A stretch of 49,786 nucleotides of DNA, the filler included, from Streblomastix strix (taxonomy: Eukaryota), in the NCBI GenBank assembly GCA_008636045.1. It is 2 parts of 2 records of this genome, joined end to end, with 100 filler letters (N's around TTAATTAATTAA, not from the genome) between each part and the next. Parts side by side here need not be neighbours in the genome. Positions count along the whole stretch, not along the records: positions 24,945 to 49,786 come from SNRW01000224.1; 1 more part is not named here. The stretch is one strand, 5' to 3'. The position numbers were made by a program, and so were the translations under genes. Below, in pieces: positions 45,001 through 49,786 of the stretch. Position 1 is the stretch's first letter, and each line of letters begins with the position of its first letter. The notes below the pieces were generated by a model that was given only the letters and a program-made list of their open reading frames with translations, was not told the origin of the DNA and made no database searches.

Positions 45001-48000
45001 TATTTATTTGTTAAATTTATTGGATGAATAAAAAATTGGCTAAGATAAAATATCTTCAGATTCATTTTTATCCATTTCCCCAAATTTCCATTCTATTTCT
45101 TACCCATCAATATTATCTTCAACTTAATTTAAGTTTTTATTCGATATATTTTATTTTTATTTAATTTCATTATTCTCAATATCATCTTATCGAAGTTATG
45201 GTATAGAATCTTTATTATTTAAATTAAATTATTATTATGAAGTTGATAAAGATAAAGAAGGTTATAATGAAATTTAATTAGTAAAATCTGATATTTAATT
45301 TTAATTATTAATATTTTATTCAGGATCTCCTTCCACCTCGTCTTCTTCATAATATTCTTCAAATTCATAAATATTATTAATATTTTCTTCTTTGATTTTA
45401 TCATCAAAATCATCATTATTGAATTCATTGCATATAGAAAATTATTGTTGTTAATTTTATTAAAGTTTATTTTATTTATCATTTATTTAATTTGAATCTT
45501 TCTTTTCATCATTTAATTTTACTGTTTTGGTATTTTCATGCTATATTTTAGTCCAGCCAAATTATTCTTTCTATTTATTTAATTACTTTATAACTTATTT
45601 ACTCTGAATAATTACTTATTGCATTGAAGATAAGGACGAAGGATTGATATTTGCAAGAATTGAATGAATACTCAAAGATTTGTTATTCTAAATATCATCT
45701 TCTTCTGTATTAAGATCTTAACTTCTTTCTCTATCATATTCTTATCTTTCATTTTCACTTTATATTTCTTTCTAAATTTCTTATTATTATCCTAATGCTG
45801 AACTAATTGCTATTTATTAAAATTAATTTGAATTTTGTACATATTCTTAAAATTATTGTGAATTAAAAAATTGAGATAAATCAGTGCTATGCGCCTAAAG
45901 AAACAAATGGCGATAAAATTGTAGAGTTGCTGAATGTAATGAACGCGTTTAATTTGACTGTAAATATGATTATTATTATGATTTTGAATGTTTAAATCTA
46001 TTATTGTTGTTAAAACTAAAATTTATCTCATTTTCATCATCTTCATCTTCGTCTTCATCACCAAAAAGAAGAAATTGTTAGTTTTATTTTTTATTTAAAT
46101 AGTTATTATTTTATTACTATTATTAATTATATTAATATTTATACTTAATAAATTCTTCTTATTTTTTATTTTATTTTATTTTTCTTTTTTCTTTCTCCTT
46201 TTTCTTTTAAATTTCCTCCATAATCTTCTCTTTTCCCTCAATATCATTCAATTAAACAGTATAATGAATCATTTCATTATTCATTTACCATTAATGCTGT
46301 TTTTATTATTATATTTGCTGTTATTAAGAAGATATAGAATTTGAAAATACTGTTGATTATGATGATGAAAATCGTGATAGCATACTTCGTATTCGACCTT
46401 ATGATTATTGTTATTTACCATCCTATTATTTATCTGTTTATTATTTTTCTAACTGTTATTGTTGTTATTATTTTAACATTTCTTGTTGTTATTCCATCAA
46501 ACTAATTTCTATGATACTTTTACTTTGTGAAGAATTAAGCAACGAAGGAATTTGATATTATGTTTAATTAGACTGCTAAGAAGAAAAAGAATGAAATGGA
46601 GAAGGAGATGAAGAAGAAAATGACTAATTTTATGATTATTTATGAATTAATTAACTCGGAGATCGAATAATTGTATTAGAATTGTGAGGAGAAGAAATAG
46701 GCGAAGATGAAATGACATTTTGTTGTTAATGCAATTACTATTATGATAAATAATCAATATACCCATTATTCTCTTTGATTCCAAATATTTTATTTGCATT
46801 TCCTATTTATTCATCTAATACATTTTATTATTATTTAATTAACATATATATTAAATTGGTACTAATGTTATCATCATTCAAATTAATATCATTATTAATC
46901 TTCAAAATCTAAACATTTATTTCTTATAATAAATTCTTTCCTTTTCCCGATATTTAATTAATATGAATAACTGATTGATTACAAAGAATATTATTTAATT
47001 ATTTATTTAGTTATTCAATGAAATTAATAGAATAATGTATGATTTTTACTCTTTTCATCTGAATTATTCGTGTTTTACGATGTTTTGATTCTTACAACTT
47101 GTATTCATTATTAATTTATTATTATTCTAATTATTCTTACTATTCATCTACCTAATTTTTAGTTAAATTTTAGTTATTTAATTAACTTCCATTATTTCTA
47201 TCGTACTAATTAATACTTTCTCCTTTATTAATCATATTTCTACTCCTATCTCTGTTTTCATCATTTGTATCATATTAATTCATATTTATTTACCTTCTTT
47301 AAATTCCTTCATAACTCCTTTATCTTTCAAATTCATTAAAATTATAATTCTGCATTATTTATTCCTATTGCATTACTTATTATGTAAATGCTAATGATAA
47401 ATCAGCGAATGAAGACAATGAATGAATTAATGAAAGATAAGAATGATATTAATAATTATTATTTGATGGTTAAATATAATGTGATATGGAATAAGGATTA
47501 GAATAAGGAGAATAGGATGAGAGAATGAATGATGATAGAAATGGAGAAGTATAGAATGATCTTGAAAGAGAAGATGAAATAGATACTAAATATTATGACG
47601 ATGATTATTTGTATGTTTATGACAATAAAGATTATGAAGAAAATTTATTATTATTACTCTAAAATAATTAATTATATAAATTGGAATTTAATTTTATTTT
47701 CTTAATTAACTCAGTTTCAATTGTTTTATTAAATGAAAATTACAACAGTGATAATAGAGAAGGAATAATGATAGAAAATGGAGCTAATTGAGAGGATGAT
47801 GGTTATTAAGATTATTATTGTTATTAAGCAGAAGTTATTGTAAGAGGTGTTTCTATATTAATTTTTTAATCCTGTTTAATTTCTACAGTTCCTCCAATTT
47901 GCACAATTCTTTATTCTTTTGATTTCTCTTTTTCTATTCTTTCTTTTTCAGTCTTTTCTTTCTCTTTTGTTTCTTATTATTCTCTTTCATCTACTTCAAT

Positions 48001-49785
48001 AATACTCGCCTGAATTTCACCTTTTATATTGTACCTTCTTCTTCCTATTTAATTCCTTCTTATTTATTTACCCATATTAATGTTCATTATATTCATATTT
48101 TGCTGGTTATCAATTTTCCACTCGTTCTCGATTTATACTGAATCTGCTATTGAATAGAAATCATCAAAACAGAGCAAGTCTTAATCTAAATAAGGAGATT
48201 AATTAATTTACTCTTCAACTATATTTTTATCCTTATCTTTATTTTTCTTTGATTTATCTTCAATTTTAGTCTCTGCTTATTTTATTTCTTTTTCATCAAC
48301 TTTTTGTTAATAAATATTTGAACTCTAAAATAGAGGAGATATGTTTTCAGATTAAATCAAATTCAATTAACTATTTTTATCAATTTTGTTGTCATTTTCA
48401 ATATTTTTAGTTATTGTAATTTTTGGGAATAAAGATTATTAAGGTGACTGTGGTTTAGAATTTATTAATGGATTTGGTGAAGTGGTTCTTTATTATTATT
48501 ACAATTATTATTATTATGGAGAAATAGGTCTTTATTATTATGGAGAAATAGGTCTTTATTACTATGGAGAAATAGGTCTTTATTATTATTGAGAAATAGG
48601 TCTTTATTATTATGGAGAAATAGGTCTTTATTATTATGGAGAAATAGGTCTTTATTATTATTGAGAATAAGGAGAAGGAGAAACAGACATTTAACTTGGA
48701 GATCGAATACGAGGTAATAAAAATCTTGGAGATTGTTTATAATTTGGAGATTAGGATAATAATTACTATTATGGAGATGAAGATAATAATTACTATTATG
48801 GAGATGAAGATAATAAGGACTATTTTGGAGATTAAGATATTTCAATTGATTAAGGAATTATAGCTGATTAAGGAATTGTGATAATTTAAGGAATTGGAAT
48901 GGATTGATTAATAATATCAGGTTAAGATGGAGATATGGAGCGAGATTATTTTGAAATAGTTGATACTTGTTAAATTTATTATTATGCTTATTATTATTAT
49001 GAATTAGGGAATAATTAAGTTTGTTGATATTAATGGGTTGGAGATAATGGAATTGGATTAGAAAATACTAATTTAACTTCATTTTCTTTCTAATAGACAT
49101 TATTTAATTTCAAAGATTAATCATTTTTATTTATTATTATTTAATCATTTCTTTTTAAATTTTCTGGTTTTATAAAATGATCAATAATATTTTCATTATT
49201 AACATCAATTTGTTATTAAATCTCTTTTTAAACTTCTTCTCTTCGATCTTCATCATCTTATTCTTTTTCATTATCAATGTTATCAATGTCATAATTAAAC
49301 ATTTCATAATCAGATAATTCTTTTCCATCTTCATCATCATCTCCATCTATTTTATCATCTTATTTTTCTTCATTTATGGCATCTTTATTATCAAATGCAT
49401 CTTCTTCTTCTTCTTGTTACTCTTCATTATTATTATAATCATCATCATCATCATCTTATTCTTCTTCATCATCTTCATTCTCTCTTTCATCTTCTTATTC
49501 ATCAATTTCACTTTCACTGTCATCATCCAACCAAACATTGTTCTTTTATTCTAATTCTTTCTCTTTAATCATATTCTTCAGCATTTCATATTGTTTAATC
49601 ACTTACCTTTCTTTTTTATTTTATTCGATTGGATCCTTAATTCGAGTTCTTATCATTATAATCTTTTTCTATTAAAAAGAAATAACTCTTTCCTTTACGG
49701 TCATTGAATGAGGTAGATATATTCTTCTTCTTTTATTTTTCTTATTATTTAAATTAATGCTAAATGGAGGTGGAATATGAAGTGT
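42016..49785 (-). CDS. Giant intronless Q/N/S-rich hypothetical protein (at least about 2,590 codons; 5' end outside the window)
   Basis: One frame with no TGA from the window end to TGA 42016-42018 under TAR=Gln. Contains poly-Q, poly-D/E and Ser-rich tracts. No domain recognised. Confidence 0.85.
48508..48666 (-). repeat. Coding minisatellite, 24-bp unit, about 6.5 copies, encoding (QQQRPISP)n
   Basis: tggagaaataggtctttattatta units start at 48517, 48541, 48565, 48589, 48613 and 48637 with minor variants. Confidence 0.92.
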
Positions 49786-49786
49786 A

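Noticed and set aside
48508..48666. CRISPR-like array
   Set aside because: Head-to-tail 24-bp units with no unique spacers, in frame within a eukaryotic ORF, and no cas genes.

Overview
This is AT-rich eukaryotic protist DNA with short GT-AG introns. It uses a non-standard code (TAA/TAG = Gln, TGA = only stop), so the supplied standard-code ORF track fragments or misses the real genes. The code, intron style, flagellar genes and expanded kinase/ARM-like families point to an oxymonad such as Streblomastix (inference). Two contigs are joined by an artificial 100-bp linker (24845-24944). Contig 1 (1-24844) is one giant palindrome: 12,345-bp mirror arms around a 154-bp loop, most likely an amplification or assembly fold-back. 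Each arm is a mosaic of a disrupted HECT E3 ligase, two CFAP61 fragments, kinase exon fragments, and a Cys-rich repeat region fused in frame to an intact membrane-anchored S41/CPAF-like serine peptidase. Contig 2 carries an atypical kinase-coiled-coil-ARM gene with two in-frame TGAs, an FKBP-TPR immunophilin, a CCX/NCLX-type cation/Ca2+ exchanger, IFT56/TTC26, an ARM-like family gene with one in-frame TGA, and an intronless ORF of at least about 2,590 codons. All family assignments are from motifs recognised by eye; no searches were run.
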